DNA of 64,000 bases from Bacteroidota bacterium (GCA_037445875.1 JBBIJR010000003.1:13109-77108), one strand, 5' to 3'. Positions 47,963 to 58,058 are shown, counted from the stretch's first letter. The notes: a model not told the origin generated them from the sequence alone. Numbers and translations are program-made.

Positions 47963-49174
47963 ATGCATAAGGTGATGTTTACATCGTGGATTCTCTTCGG
48001 AGCCTTGGTGCCTCTGAGTGCCGCCCGCGCGGGGGGTTCGTCGTATTCCTCCAACGGCTACGGACTTACGGACCTTCACGCCAATACGCGCTCCACCGGG
48101 ATGGGGCGACTCGGTATCGCCGTGCCGAGCGGTTCGTCGATCAATCTCTTCAATCCTGCGGCCCTCATGGGCCTGAACCTGGTCCGGATGGACCTTGCCA
48201 TGTACTACGAACAAGTGCAGACCAAGACGTCGGCCGCCACAGCCAATTCCAACACCGTGAATGTCAACCACGGGGCCTTTGCGATACCGTTCGGGACGAG
48301 ACTGGCGATGGCTCTGAGCGTTTCACGCTATACAAAGCTCGGTTACGACTTCGCCGTTCGGGCCGTTACAGAGGACGGCGTTGCATATGAAGAGCGTTTC
48401 ACGGGATCGGGCGGAGCGCAGGTGGTTGGATTTACCGTGGCGGGCAAGCCTGCGGACCACTGGAGTGCCGGCCTGAGCCTTCAATACGTACTGGGGAGCA
48501 TCACTCGCGCGTGGAACGTAACGTGGGACTCTCCGGATTTCGTGGCCACCAACGACGTGCGCGAGGAGCACTTCTACGGGATGCGGTGGACGCTGGGAGG
48601 CTTGTATCAGCAGCCGCGCTATACGGTCGGCGGTTTCCTCGCCGTCAACAACCGGCTGACCAGCGATCTTGATTACAGTCGATCGGCGTCCGATACAACC
48701 GAATCGCGCAGCCGGGGACTGGATTTTCCGGCGGAATTTGGTCTCGGCGTGACTTATCTTCCCTCACCGAGGTGGCTGGCGGGAATGGACTTTGTTTTCA
48801 CAGGTTGGAAATCCTTTGAGATTGCCGGGGAGGATCCCGGTTATCGTAACACGTTTAGAATCAGCGTAGGAGCCGAAAGGGCACCGAGCGCGGAACTATC
48901 GGCCCACTATTTGCAGACATTGCACTATAGAATAGGCGCATACTACCAGACGCTATACGCACGCAATCCCAGCGGCCATCACGCCGGTGAGCTGTTCCTT
49001 ACGTGGGGCATGGGTATACCGGTAGCGCGCGGACGGCACACGCTGGATCTTGGGTTCGAGTTGGGAACACGGGGAACGATCTCCACCAACGAGGTCCGTG
49101 AAACCGTGTTCAGGCTTACCCTTGCCGTATCCGGGGGCGAGCGCTGGTTCCAGGTCAGAAAAAGAAAACCGTAA
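47963..49174 (+). CDS. Outer-membrane beta-barrel protein, PorV/FadL-like
   Basis: Signal peptide. N-terminal G.G..A..NPAAL-type motif (TGMGRLGIAVPSGSSINLFNPAALM). Amphipathic strands. Confidence 0.55.
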   Translation: MHKVMFTSWILFGALVPLSAARAGGSSYSSNGYGLTDLHANTRSTGMGRLGIAVPSGSSINLFNPAALMGLNLVRMDLAMYYEQVQTKTSAATANSNTVNVNHGAFAIPFGTRLAMALSVSRYTKLGYDFAVRAVTEDGVAYEERFTGSGGAQVVGFTVAGKPADHWSAGLSLQYVLGSITRAWNVTWDSPDFVATNDVREEHFYGMRWTLGGLYQQPRYTVGGFLAVNNRLTSDLDYSRSASDTTESRSRGLDFPAEFGLGVTYLPSPRWLAGMDFVFTGWKSFEIAGEDPGYRNTFRISVGAERAPSAELSAHYLQTLHYRIGAYYQTLYARNPSGHHAGELFLTWGMGIPVARGRHTLDLGFELGTRGTISTNEVRETVFRLTLAVSGGERWFQVRKRKP

Positions 49175-49201
49175 GGATTTCAAGAACAAGGAAAACCGGT
49201 T

Positions 49202-50440
49202 ATGAAGAAGCTGAACGGATTGATTCTCTCACTCGTCGTCACGATTGCCGCAGCCTCCCACGGACAGAATGTGAAAGAAGGTACGCCGGAGTTCGAGTGT
49301 ATCAAGACCTGGAGTACGGCCAGTGAGTACTACAAGAACGGGGAATTCCAGAATTCGATCCCATATTTTTGGACGGCGATGACTTGCGATATGACGCTGC
49401 GTCCGCAAAAAGAGAAGCGGCTGTTTACCAGTGTCTACGACAAACTGTCCGATTCCTACTTTCAGTTGCAGCAGATCGACAGCGCCGTTGCCGTCCTGAA
49501 ACTGGGTTACCGCGACCTGGAGGACAACGGCTACATGTACAAGATCGGCGAAATGTTCCACCGCAGCCTCAAGCAGTACGATTCGGCCGCCGTCTACTAC
49601 CGCCGTTACTACGACATGTCCGGCTCTGTGGAGGAATTGAAGCGCATCGCCGGCATGTGGATCGAAGCGGCCAAGTATCAGGAAGCGCTGAAGGTTTACG
49701 AAGAGTACCTGAAGAAGAACCCGACGGACCAGGAAACGTGGGTATACGTGCTGGATTCGTTTAAGAGTTTCTACATCAAGTATAACGGACGGGAAAAATG
49801 GCTGACGGCGTGCGACACGTTCGCCGTCTTCTTTCCTACGGCCTCCAAGGAATTCTACATCGGTGAGAAATTGGACGATCTTCTGAAAAAGGGTGAATAC
49901 GAAAAGGCCATCCGCACCGCCGATGAGATACTGGCCGTCGATGCGAACAGCAAGAGCGCGTGGATGAAAAAAGGCAAGGCACTGGATGCGCTTCGTAAGG
50001 GTAAGGAGGCCATCGAGTGCTATGAAAAGGCCTACGCGATCGATCCGCAGGATGCCGACTTGATATGCGATCTCGCACGCCTTTATCTGGACCAGGGCCA
50101 ACTGGCACGGACGTGGTCTCTGTGTTTGAAGGCCAAAGACATCAAGAAATTCGGCCGGCCGTACTTTCTGATCGGCGAAGCGATTCGCGACGGCATTCGG
50201 CGGTGTTCGGGCAACACGCTGACCATGCCGGCCAAGGAAGCCTATCTGGTCGCGGCCAAGTATTACGACATGGCGGCGGCCTATCCGGACGTGGACGTGA
50301 ACGCGCGCACGATGGCGGGCACGAGCCGCCAGAACGGCCCGACGAAATCCGACTGTTTCATGGGCAGCCTGGGTAAACTGAAGAACGACCCGTGTTACGA
50401 GTGGATGCCCGATCGCGATTATGCCAGTCCGTGCAAATGA
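49202..50440 (+). CDS. Secreted TPR-repeat protein
   Basis: Signal peptide and multiple TPR-like helices. Confidence 0.6.
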   Translation: MKKLNGLILSLVVTIAAASHGQNVKEGTPEFECIKTWSTASEYYKNGEFQNSIPYFWTAMTCDMTLRPQKEKRLFTSVYDKLSDSYFQLQQIDSAVAVLKLGYRDLEDNGYMYKIGEMFHRSLKQYDSAAVYYRRYYDMSGSVEELKRIAGMWIEAAKYQEALKVYEEYLKKNPTDQETWVYVLDSFKSFYIKYNGREKWLTACDTFAVFFPTASKEFYIGEKLDDLLKKGEYEKAIRTADEILAVDANSKSAWMKKGKALDALRKGKEAIECYEKAYAIDPQDADLICDLARLYLDQGQLARTWSLCLKAKDIKKFGRPYFLIGEAIRDGIRRCSGNTLTMPAKEAYLVAAKYYDMAAAYPDVDVNARTMAGTSRQNGPTKSDCFMGSLGKLKNDPCYEWMPDRDYASPCK

Positions 50441-50509
50441 GACCGGGTGCCGGCACGATTTACTTGTGTGCCGGATCGGCAATCAATATCGACCAAAGGA
50501 GGGCTAACC

Positions 50510-51331
50510 TTGAGAACATCCATCCTGATCCTGATAGGGGCCGCCGGTCTCTTGATACGGCCTGCAAGTACCCGCTCGCAAGAGATCGAAACCAAAGGCG
50601 GTTCGGAATCGACGGTGGCAAAGATCGAGCAGCGTCACCTGATCGACGTTCCGACCGCAGGGGTGATGGGCCGGGGACAGTATGAAGTCGGTATGCGGCT
50701 GTTCGATAACGGCGGTGTATTGGCACAGATCAACGTCGGCATCACCGATCGCTTCATGATCGGTATCGCCTACGGTGGAGAGCGGATCGTAGGTTCGGGC
50801 GAGATCAACTTTAACCCGCTGCCCGGCGTGGATGTACGTTACCGTATGATCGATGAAACCGAGGTCGGTCCGGCTGTCTCGGTCGGTTTCAGTTCTCAGG
50901 GATACGGGCCGTTCGTCAAGAATATTCGCACGGCGACCGACACAACGGAAGTGGATCGGTACACGCACAAGTCCCGCGGGCTGTTCGCCGCCGCGAGCAA
51001 GAACTACCGCTTTCTGGGGAACCTCGGCCTGCACGGCGGCATCAGCTGGGCTGCGCATGAAAAGAAAGACAAAGACAACCAGCCGACGGTGTTTGTCGGC
51101 ATGGACAAGAGTATCAACAACGAGCTCTCCGTCGTCGGGGAGTACGACCTGGCGCTGAACGACGACAAAGACCTGATTGGCCACGGGCGGGGATACCTCA
51201 ACGTGGGCGCCAAGCTCAATTTTGGCAACGAGGTCCTGTTTGAACTTATGATGCGGGACCTCTTGAACAACTCAAAGGACTTTGGCAAGTTTGCACGAGA
51301 GGTTCGGTTGTCCATCGTGCGCGCGTTCTGA
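50510..51331 (+). CDS. Secreted hypothetical protein, possibly a small outer-membrane barrel
   Basis: Inside ORF 50447..51331. AAGGAGG RBS, then TTG start (LRTSILILIGAAGLLIRPAS). Confidence 0.45.
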   Translation: MRTSILILIGAAGLLIRPASTRSQEIETKGGSESTVAKIEQRHLIDVPTAGVMGRGQYEVGMRLFDNGGVLAQINVGITDRFMIGIAYGGERIVGSGEINFNPLPGVDVRYRMIDETEVGPAVSVGFSSQGYGPFVKNIRTATDTTEVDRYTHKSRGLFAAASKNYRFLGNLGLHGGISWAAHEKKDKDNQPTVFVGMDKSINNELSVVGEYDLALNDDKDLIGHGRGYLNVGAKLNFGNEVLFELMMRDLLNNSKDFGKFAREVRLSIVRAF

Positions 51332-51422
51332 CGGCCGAACCTCGTATGAAATAAGCTCTTAGCTAAATCGTTCTACCTGTAGGCCGGCCCTGCCGGCAGA
51401 AAAAGAAAGAGCAGGTGGGGAT

Positions 51423-52379
51423 ATGAAGATTCGAGCGTATTCATGGCTCATGGCCTGCGTTGTCACCGCCTTCGCAGGCTTTGCCGTCTCCGGTTGTTAT
51501 ACGGTTTTGAAACAATCGAATGAGTACTATCAGGAGTTCGACGACGGGTCCGGCGAGTACGCGGCCGATGCGGAAGAGGCCGTGGAGGATTCGGTAGTGG
51601 AAGGGGAAGAAACCGATGAGGATCAACCCCAGACGACCATCTACAATCGGTACTATTACGGTTACCATCCGTGGTCCTATCCCGGTTTCGGCTACTACTA
51701 TTCACCTTACCGTTGGACCGTCGCGTTCGGATGGACGTATTGGCCGCCCTATTATTACGGCTACTACGATCCATGGTGGGATTACTATTACTGGGGCAAC
51801 TGTGGTTATCCGCGGTACTGGTGGCACGGGGGATGGCAGGGCCACGGCGGCCTTACTTACAATGTCCAACGGAATTACGGAGTGCGCCAGTACCGGACCC
51901 GGAGTTTCAATCCGGTGCCGGTCGGAGGATCGATATCCAGCGGCTCATCCTCGTCGTCCGGCTCAACGAAAGCAGGACAAACCTCACGCCGAACCTACAA
52001 GAACGCCGAAGGCAAGAGATCCGTCCGTTCGAAAGGCGGCAAAGCCGTTCGCGGCGACGGTAAAGGTTCCTCCACTCGACGGAAGGTCCGCGATGGAGAA
52101 GGCGTGAAGAACGAACCACGCACACGACCCAAGGACGGCCAGTCCGGGTCTCAGGGCCGCCGGCAGCCAAGGGGGGATACGGACAAGCCGAAGCGCAGTT
52201 CTCGTATCAGCTACGACTATGAATCGTTTTCAGGGTCCGCATACCGGACCGAATCGGTGAGTCCGTTCGCTACCCGTCCCTACGATAGCGTCGTCCGAAC
52301 GCCGTTCGTGGATCGTTCGACTTCAACCTCAACAGAATCCGGAGGCTCCGGTACGAGCCGTCGTGAGACCAAACGCTAG
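51423..52379 (+). CDS. Lipoprotein with an acidic linker, an extreme Tyr/Trp/Pro/Gly-rich aromatic segment, and a basic R/K/G/S-rich tail
   Basis: Lipobox FAVSGC. ..YYYGYHPWSYPGFGYYYSPYRW..WPPYYYGYYDPWWDYYYWGNCGYPRYWWHGGWQGHGG.. Confidence 0.55.
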   Translation: MKIRAYSWLMACVVTAFAGFAVSGCYTVLKQSNEYYQEFDDGSGEYAADAEEAVEDSVVEGEETDEDQPQTTIYNRYYYGYHPWSYPGFGYYYSPYRWTVAFGWTYWPPYYYGYYDPWWDYYYWGNCGYPRYWWHGGWQGHGGLTYNVQRNYGVRQYRTRSFNPVPVGGSISSGSSSSSGSTKAGQTSRRTYKNAEGKRSVRSKGGKAVRGDGKGSSTRRKVRDGEGVKNEPRTRPKDGQSGSQGRRQPRGDTDKPKRSSRISYDYESFSGSAYRTESVSPFATRPYDSVVRTPFVDRSTSTSTESGGSGTSRRETKR

Positions 52380-52387
52380 GCCTGACC

Positions 52388-52936
52388 GTGAAAACTCTTC
52401 TCACGCTGGGGTTGCCCGCCTGGTTGGTATTGGTCCTGGCGCCCGGCTGTTATACGGTTATCCGTCACACGGCCCCACCCACGGCCGAAACGACGGATGA
52501 TATCGAGCAAGAAGAAGCGACCGTAGACCATGCGAGCGCCTGTCTGAATTGCCACGAGGGAGCCTTCGACGGTTACGATTACGCCTTCCATCCCCCGCGG
52601 GAACACGTGCAAGGATTCGACCGATGGTCCGACTACTACGGATACGTGACTCCGTGGTGGGTGGTTTACGCGGAAGGTCCAGCAGTCGGAGATACTGAAG
52701 AGGAAGGCGCGCCCTTGCAGAGGAACTACGGTCGACGGAGGAGCGCTGCCCAAACGGAAACAACGGCGACGGGAGCCGGGACCTACCAAGCCGCGGGCGG
52801 GGGGCAAACCGGCGGCGGATCCACTTACGTGGCCAGTTCCGATACATCGCGGCCCCACAACAACGATACGATTAACAAGAGCGGCACGAGCGGAAAGCAG
52901 CGCGACTATGGAACGCGCCGCACGAAGAAAAAGTGA
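52388..52936 (+). CDS. Shorter paralog of the upstream lipoprotein (same GCYTV(L/I) lipobox context, acidic then aromatic then basic layout)
   Basis: Lipobox LAPGCYTVIRHT versus VSGCYTVLKQS in the neighbour. ..DYYGYVTPWWVVY.. NYGRRR... Basic tail. Confidence 0.55.
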   Translation: MKTLLTLGLPAWLVLVLAPGCYTVIRHTAPPTAETTDDIEQEEATVDHASACLNCHEGAFDGYDYAFHPPREHVQGFDRWSDYYGYVTPWWVVYAEGPAVGDTEEEGAPLQRNYGRRRSAAQTETTATGAGTYQAAGGGQTGGGSTYVASSDTSRPHNNDTINKSGTSGKQRDYGTRRTKKK

Positions 52937-52955
52937 GTTCGGAAAGGACGATCGT

Positions 52956-54287
52956 ATGATCAGGCGGATGATTGCAGCGGTTATCGCCATTGGAGTACTC
53001 TCAGGGGGACGGACGTTCGGACAATCGGAAGAGGATGCCGTGCGTCCTTTCCTGCATGAATTCGGTCCCGGGGCGCGGGCGCTGGCCATGGGTGGGGCGT
53101 ACGCGGCGCTGGCCGAGGACTATACGGCCGTCTACTGGAATCCGGCCGGTCTGGCGCAAATTCGGAAGATGGAATTCGCCGCCAGCCTGTCTCACACGCG
53201 GATCAACAACGAAATCGGATACTACGGTACGGTGGCCGACAACACGAACGGTTTCACAAAGTTCAACTCGGTGGGCATGGTCTTCCCGGTGCCGACCTAC
53301 CGGGGAAGTCTGGTGTTTGCGGTCGGGTACAATCGTGTCGGGCATTACGACGATTTTAGCGAGGTGATCGGGTGGGCCCCCCTGTCCACCGGAGGGCGTT
53401 TCTATCAGAGCGAGCGGACCACCGTCGACGGGGGCCTCAATCAGTGGGCCTTCTCCGGCGCCGTGGATCTGACGCGGTCCCTGTCCGTTGGGGCCACACT
53501 GAACCTGCTGGTGGGCGGCGACAACACGGCCATCACCTATCTGGAAGACGACCAGGAGGATGTGTTGACGTCCGAAATCCGTACGGTCGATATCGGCGTC
53601 GACAAGGATTTCACGGGTGTAAGCCTCAAAGCGGGCGCTCTGGGCAAACCGACGGAGAATCTCCGGATCGCCGTCACCGCGACTACCCCGCAGCGCGTCG
53701 TCGTGGAGGAACGATCCACACTCTACGACTACCTGAGATACGATGACGGGGTTGAAGACCCCATCAGCGACGATTCATACCGGAAGTACACGATATACTC
53801 GCCCTGGAAATTCGAGATCGGCGCATCCTACAAGTATCGATTAGCCACCGTGTCGTCAACGCTGGAATTCTTGGACTGGACAGAAAGCGAGTTCCGCTCG
53901 AATATCGTGGATGATGAAGGCCGCGACATCGATGGCGATCTGAACGCCAGTATCCGCAAAAACTATCGAAGCGTCGTCAATGTGAGGATGGGCGGAGAAG
54001 TGCTGGTGCCTGCGCTTGGGGTTAAGGCGATGGCGGGCTATGCCACGCAGACGTCCCCCCTGAAGACGTCGGTCGAATCGGTCAATAGCAATCGCCAGTA
54101 TCTCTCCGGAGGCGTCAGTTTTCTCCTTGACAAGCAGGTGAAGATCGATCTGGCTTACCAATACGGTTGGTGGAAACAATCCACCGTCGACGATCTCTTA
54201 GGACAGGACGATCTCAATCGCTATTACAGTACCAGCGAGAAGATCCGAACGAACAGACTGCTGTTGAGCCTGAGTTATCGGTTCTGA
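52956..54287 (+). CDS. Outer-membrane beta-barrel protein, PorV/FadL-like, with C-terminal Phe
   Basis: Inside ORF 52908..54287. Start MIRRMIAAVIAIGVLSG. ARALAMGGAYAALAEDYTAVYWNPAGLA motif. Ends ..LSLSYRF. Confidence 0.6.
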   Translation: MIRRMIAAVIAIGVLSGGRTFGQSEEDAVRPFLHEFGPGARALAMGGAYAALAEDYTAVYWNPAGLAQIRKMEFAASLSHTRINNEIGYYGTVADNTNGFTKFNSVGMVFPVPTYRGSLVFAVGYNRVGHYDDFSEVIGWAPLSTGGRFYQSERTTVDGGLNQWAFSGAVDLTRSLSVGATLNLLVGGDNTAITYLEDDQEDVLTSEIRTVDIGVDKDFTGVSLKAGALGKPTENLRIAVTATTPQRVVVEERSTLYDYLRYDDGVEDPISDDSYRKYTIYSPWKFEIGASYKYRLATVSSTLEFLDWTESEFRSNIVDDEGRDIDGDLNASIRKNYRSVVNVRMGGEVLVPALGVKAMAGYATQTSPLKTSVESVNSNRQYLSGGVSFLLDKQVKIDLAYQYGWWKQSTVDDLLGQDDLNRYYSTSEKIRTNRLLLSLSYRF

Positions 54288-54324
54288 TCGGTATTCCGAG
54301 CCAATCTTTCTTTATCGACGTCCT

Positions 54325-55335
54325 ATGAGTTGTCCCCTGTCTGTGCGGATCGGGGGACTGCTTTTGATCCTCGGTGCGAGCGCCGCCCAGGCCCAACAAA
54401 CCCTCGATACGCGATTTCCCCTCCTCCGATCGAATTTCTCCGCCATCATTTCGGATTCCGCCCTCATCGAGGCAACTCGTTCGATCCGCGGAGAACGGCT
54501 GGCCGTTCTCATCGACACGCTGGCCAGCGATTCGTTTGCGGGACGGGCCACGGGAAGTGCGGGATACGATCGCGCCGCCCGTTGGGTCGCGGAAAAACTG
54601 ATCCGAGCCGGAGTACGGCCTCTCCCGTCGTCGGAAAGCTTGTTCCAACAGTTCAAGTTGCCCACGGACGATGTTCGATCGCGCGTCCACCTGGATGACC
54701 CGGGCACCGACTCGATCCTGACCGCAAACGTCGTGGGTTGGCTGCCGGGTTCCGACGACAGTCTCTCGCGCGAGTTCATTGCCGTAACGGCGCACCTGGA
54801 CCACCTGGGCCGGAAGGGCGATTCCGTCTTTTATGGGGCAAACGACAATTCGAGCGGTGTTTCTGTGATGCTTACGGTGGCCCAGATCATGGCCGACCAC
54901 GCCGTGCTCCACCGCCGCTCGATCCTGTTTGCGGCATTTAGCGGCGAAGAGGTCGGCCTCAAGGGGTCTGAATACTTCGTGCACCATGCCCCCATTCCGC
55001 TGTCCTCGATCGGGCTGCTCATCAATCTCGATCTGGTGGGCTCCGGAAAGGAGGGGCTCATGCTGCAGGGCCTCGATGTGTTTCCAGGCCACTGGAGACG
55101 GTTCGAGGAAATCAATGGAGGATTGGGTTTCGAATTGAAGACCAGGCCGAACTCGCCGAATTCCGATCACTACCACTTTCACATGGCCGGCGTTCCTGCG
55201 GTCTTCATCTACGCGTACAACGGTACCGTACCGTACCATTCCGTACTCGATCGACCGGAGCGGCTGGATCGAGACGTTCTGGAAAACGTGGCTCGCTTTG
55301 TACTCCTGTCGACCTGGAGCTTCGCCAATCGCTAG
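54325..55335 (+). CDS. M28-family peptidase (aminopeptidase), secreted
   Basis: AHLDHLG..GANDNSSG..FSGEEVGLKGS metal-binding pattern. Confidence 0.8.
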   Translation: MSCPLSVRIGGLLLILGASAAQAQQTLDTRFPLLRSNFSAIISDSALIEATRSIRGERLAVLIDTLASDSFAGRATGSAGYDRAARWVAEKLIRAGVRPLPSSESLFQQFKLPTDDVRSRVHLDDPGTDSILTANVVGWLPGSDDSLSREFIAVTAHLDHLGRKGDSVFYGANDNSSGVSVMLTVAQIMADHAVLHRRSILFAAFSGEEVGLKGSEYFVHHAPIPLSSIGLLINLDLVGSGKEGLMLQGLDVFPGHWRRFEEINGGLGFELKTRPNSPNSDHYHFHMAGVPAVFIYAYNGTVPYHSVLDRPERLDRDVLENVARFVLLSTWSFANR

Positions 55336-55361
55336 CTAAGGCAGGTCGGAGCGCCTCCGCG

Positions 55362-56096
55362 TCAGTGATGGATCAGGGCGGAACTGACCAGGAACAGTAC
55401 GACTCCGAGGAAGACGACCAGGGGCATCCATCGCCATTCGGAGTCGTTGACGCGGGGAATGAGGTCGGTGGTGGACACGTGGATGAAGGTACCCGCTGAA
55501 AGCGCCAGCGCCACGTTCTTGACGGGCAGTGCCTCCGTCTCGAGACCGTAAACAACCAACGTGCCGAGAACGGACGAGACGGCGAGCAGTACCGTGGCCA
55601 GCAGGCCCAGATTACGCCGATGGTGGGAAGCGAACATGATGGACGTGATGGTGAATCCCTCGGGCAGTTTGTGGAGAACGGTCCCTATGAACACCGTGCC
55701 GCCCAGTTTCACACCGCCCATCATGCCGGAAGCAATCGCCACGCCGCTGAAGAAATTGTGCACCATGAGACCGATCAAGGCACTGGTGCTCACCAGTCTG
55801 GACACGAGGTGCTCATGAGTCTCCTCGCCGAAATGAAAGTGGGACGTAAAGACGTGTTCGAACAGGTGCACGGTCAGGTACCCCGCAGCCACCATGAGCA
55901 TTGTGACGTACATCGTATCCCCGGCCGCCGGGATCATGTCGAGCAGCGCAACGGCCAGGATATAGCCGGCACCCAGCGCGATGAAGAAGTCGAGATATTT
56001 GCGGTCCCAGTTTTTGCGAAAGGTGAAAACCCATCCCCCGAACATTATTACGATACCGGAAAGCAGGCTGAAGACCAGCGCGAGCGTGAGATTCAT
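55362..56096 (-). CDS. zupT: ZIP-family metal transporter
   Basis: HNFFSG and HKLPEGF ZIP signatures. Eight TM helices. Confidence 0.8.
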   Translation of the reverse strand: MNLTLALVFSLLSGIVIMFGGWVFTFRKNWDRKYLDFFIALGAGYILAVALLDMIPAAGDTMYVTMLMVAAGYLTVHLFEHVFTSHFHFGEETHEHLVSRLVSTSALIGLMVHNFFSGVAIASGMMGGVKLGGTVFIGTVLHKLPEGFTITSIMFASHHRRNLGLLATVLLAVSSVLGTLVVYGLETEALPVKNVALALSAGTFIHVSTTDLIPRVNDSEWRWMPLVVFLGVVLFLVSSALIHH

Positions 56097-56106
56097 ATGT
56101 GCCTGT

Positions 56107-57009
56107 TCAATCTCCGAACAACCTGACGTTCAGTTTCAGGCCCTTTTCACGGACCGCCATCACCAGGGAGTCGAGTTGGGCCGAGGCCCGGTCCAGGCGC
56201 CGGTACAAATCGTCCTCGTACACGAGTTTGCCGAGCGTCCCTTCACCCGACTGCACCTGGCGTAGGACGCTGTCGAGTGAGGTGGTGATCCCGGCCAGCG
56301 TGCGGGTGACCAACAGAGCGTCGGTAAAGGCCGTGTCCAGCCGGGCGTCCGTTTTCTCCACCAGCGAGCGCAGGCTGCGCGTCGTCTGGCCGAGGCGAAG
56401 CAACAGGCTGTCAATGCGCGCGTCGCTCTTGTTCACGATGTTCTTCACGCGGGTCGTGGTCGAATCCAGATTGTAGACAGCCTGACGAAAGGAATTCGTC
56501 ATGGATCGATCCGAGACGAGATAATTGAGGCCGGTAAGGACGCTGTCCACACGCTCGAGCGTGCCCTTGACGTCGAAGGCAATCTCCCTCATCTGGCTGG
56601 TCAATTCCGTCAAGTCCGGTTCGCGGCTTCCGTACAACCGTCCTCTCGTGTTGAAATCCAGCGTATCCTTGCCCGGCCAGATTTCCACTTTCTTTCCGCC
56701 GAAGAAATCGGTACTGGAGATCACGGCGGACACATCCCGTTTGAGGCGGACGGAATTCGACAGGCTGACCGAGACCAGCACGGAATCGCGGGACAGCGCG
56801 ATGTCGGTGACCTTGCCGACGCGCAGGCCGCTGACCGTCACCGGATCGCCGATCTGGAGCCCCGCCGTGTTCGTGAATAAGATTGAGATTTCAAACGTGT
56901 TGGGCTTGAACGTAATGCCTTTGAGCCATACGATGGCCAACACCAACATCGTCACACCGACCAGAACCGTAATGCCGACCCTAATCTCCAGAATTCGGGT
57001 ATCGTTCAA
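56107..57009 (-). CDS. MlaD/Mce-family protein
   Basis: N-terminal TM helix followed by an MCE domain (PVTVSGLRVGKVTDI). Confidence 0.8.
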   Translation of the reverse strand: MNDTRILEIRVGITVLVGVTMLVLAIVWLKGITFKPNTFEISILFTNTAGLQIGDPVTVSGLRVGKVTDIALSRDSVLVSVSLSNSVRLKRDVSAVISSTDFFGGKKVEIWPGKDTLDFNTRGRLYGSREPDLTELTSQMREIAFDVKGTLERVDSVLTGLNYLVSDRSMTNSFRQAVYNLDSTTTRVKNIVNKSDARIDSLLLRLGQTTRSLRSLVEKTDARLDTAFTDALLVTRTLAGITTSLDSVLRQVQSGEGTLGKLVYEDDLYRRLDRASAQLDSLVMAVREKGLKLNVRLFGD

Positions 57010-57032
57010 TCATCACCTCTGTGCATGGTATC

Positions 57033-58058
57033 CTATTCGAAATCCTTTTCCAGAAACCTGTTCGGTCTGCGAGGCTTGTTGTCCTTGTTGGCAATCTCCT
57101 CCATCAGCTTGGCGGAGAATTCCTGTGCCGCGTCGTAGCCGTAAATCTTGAGCAGGAGATTGAGGGCTATAGCTTCGGCAATGACGGTGATGTTCTTGCC
57201 AGGATAAATCGGCAGCTTGACCATGGGGATTTTGACGCCCAGGATCTCGGTGATATTGTCGTCCAGTCCGAGCCGCTCGTACTCCTCTTTGCCGTCCCAC
57301 AGCTCCAGGTCCACCTGGACTTCGAGTCTTTTCTGAAGGCGGACCGCCCGGATTCCGAACATCTCGCGGACGTCGAGAATGCCCACGCCGCGAATCTCGA
57401 TGAAGTGCTTCAGCGTGTCATGGCCGCGCGCCATGAGGATGTTCTCCGAGATGCGATTGATCCGGACGGCGTCATCGGCGACCAGCCGGTGTCCCCGCTC
57501 GACGAGATCCAGGGCAATCTCGCTCTTGCCGATTCCACTCTTTCCGGTGAACATCATTCCGATGCCGTAGACGTCGACCATAGAACCGTGCACGGCAACT
57601 TCCGGGGCAAAAAAATCGTCCAGATAGCCGGAGATCAGATGGATGGCGTCGGTCGTAGAGAAGGCGGTGCGGATCAACGGGACGGCGTGGGCCCGGCACA
57701 GGTCATGGAGCTCCGGGAACACCTCATTGTTGTTGGTGATCAGGATACAGGGCATTTCGAATTCAAACAGCGTAGCCAGCGCCTGCTTCCGGTCGGAGTC
57801 GGTGAGATTGACAAGATAGTAATTCTCCGTGTTGCCCAGAATCTGGATCTTCTCGTGCGTAAAGAGTTTGACAAAGCCCGCGAGGGCCAGGCCGGGCCGG
57901 TGAAGATCACGCTGGGTGAAGTACCGGGAGTCGATGCTTCCGTCGACCAGCAGCTCGAGATGCATCTTTTCCCTGAGGTCCTCGTACAGCTTCCGGACGA
58001 GCATCTTCTCGACGACCTTGATGTTGCCTTGCTCGATTTTGTAGACGATTTCTTCCAT
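57033..58058 (-). CDS. hprK: HPr kinase/phosphorylase
   Basis: ORF 57033..58079. Walker A GKSGIGKSE, signature IEIRGVGIL, and the C-terminal HprK domain. Confidence 0.85.
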   Translation of the reverse strand: MEEIVYKIEQGNIKVVEKMLVRKLYEDLREKMHLELLVDGSIDSRYFTQRDLHRPGLALAGFVKLFTHEKIQILGNTENYYLVNLTDSDRKQALATLFEFEMPCILITNNNEVFPELHDLCRAHAVPLIRTAFSTTDAIHLISGYLDDFFAPEVAVHGSMVDVYGIGMMFTGKSGIGKSEIALDLVERGHRLVADDAVRINRISENILMARGHDTLKHFIEIRGVGILDVREMFGIRAVRLQKRLEVQVDLELWDGKEEYERLGLDDNITEILGVKIPMVKLPIYPGKNITVIAEAIALNLLLKIYGYDAAQEFSAKLMEEIANKDNKPRRPNRFLEKDFE

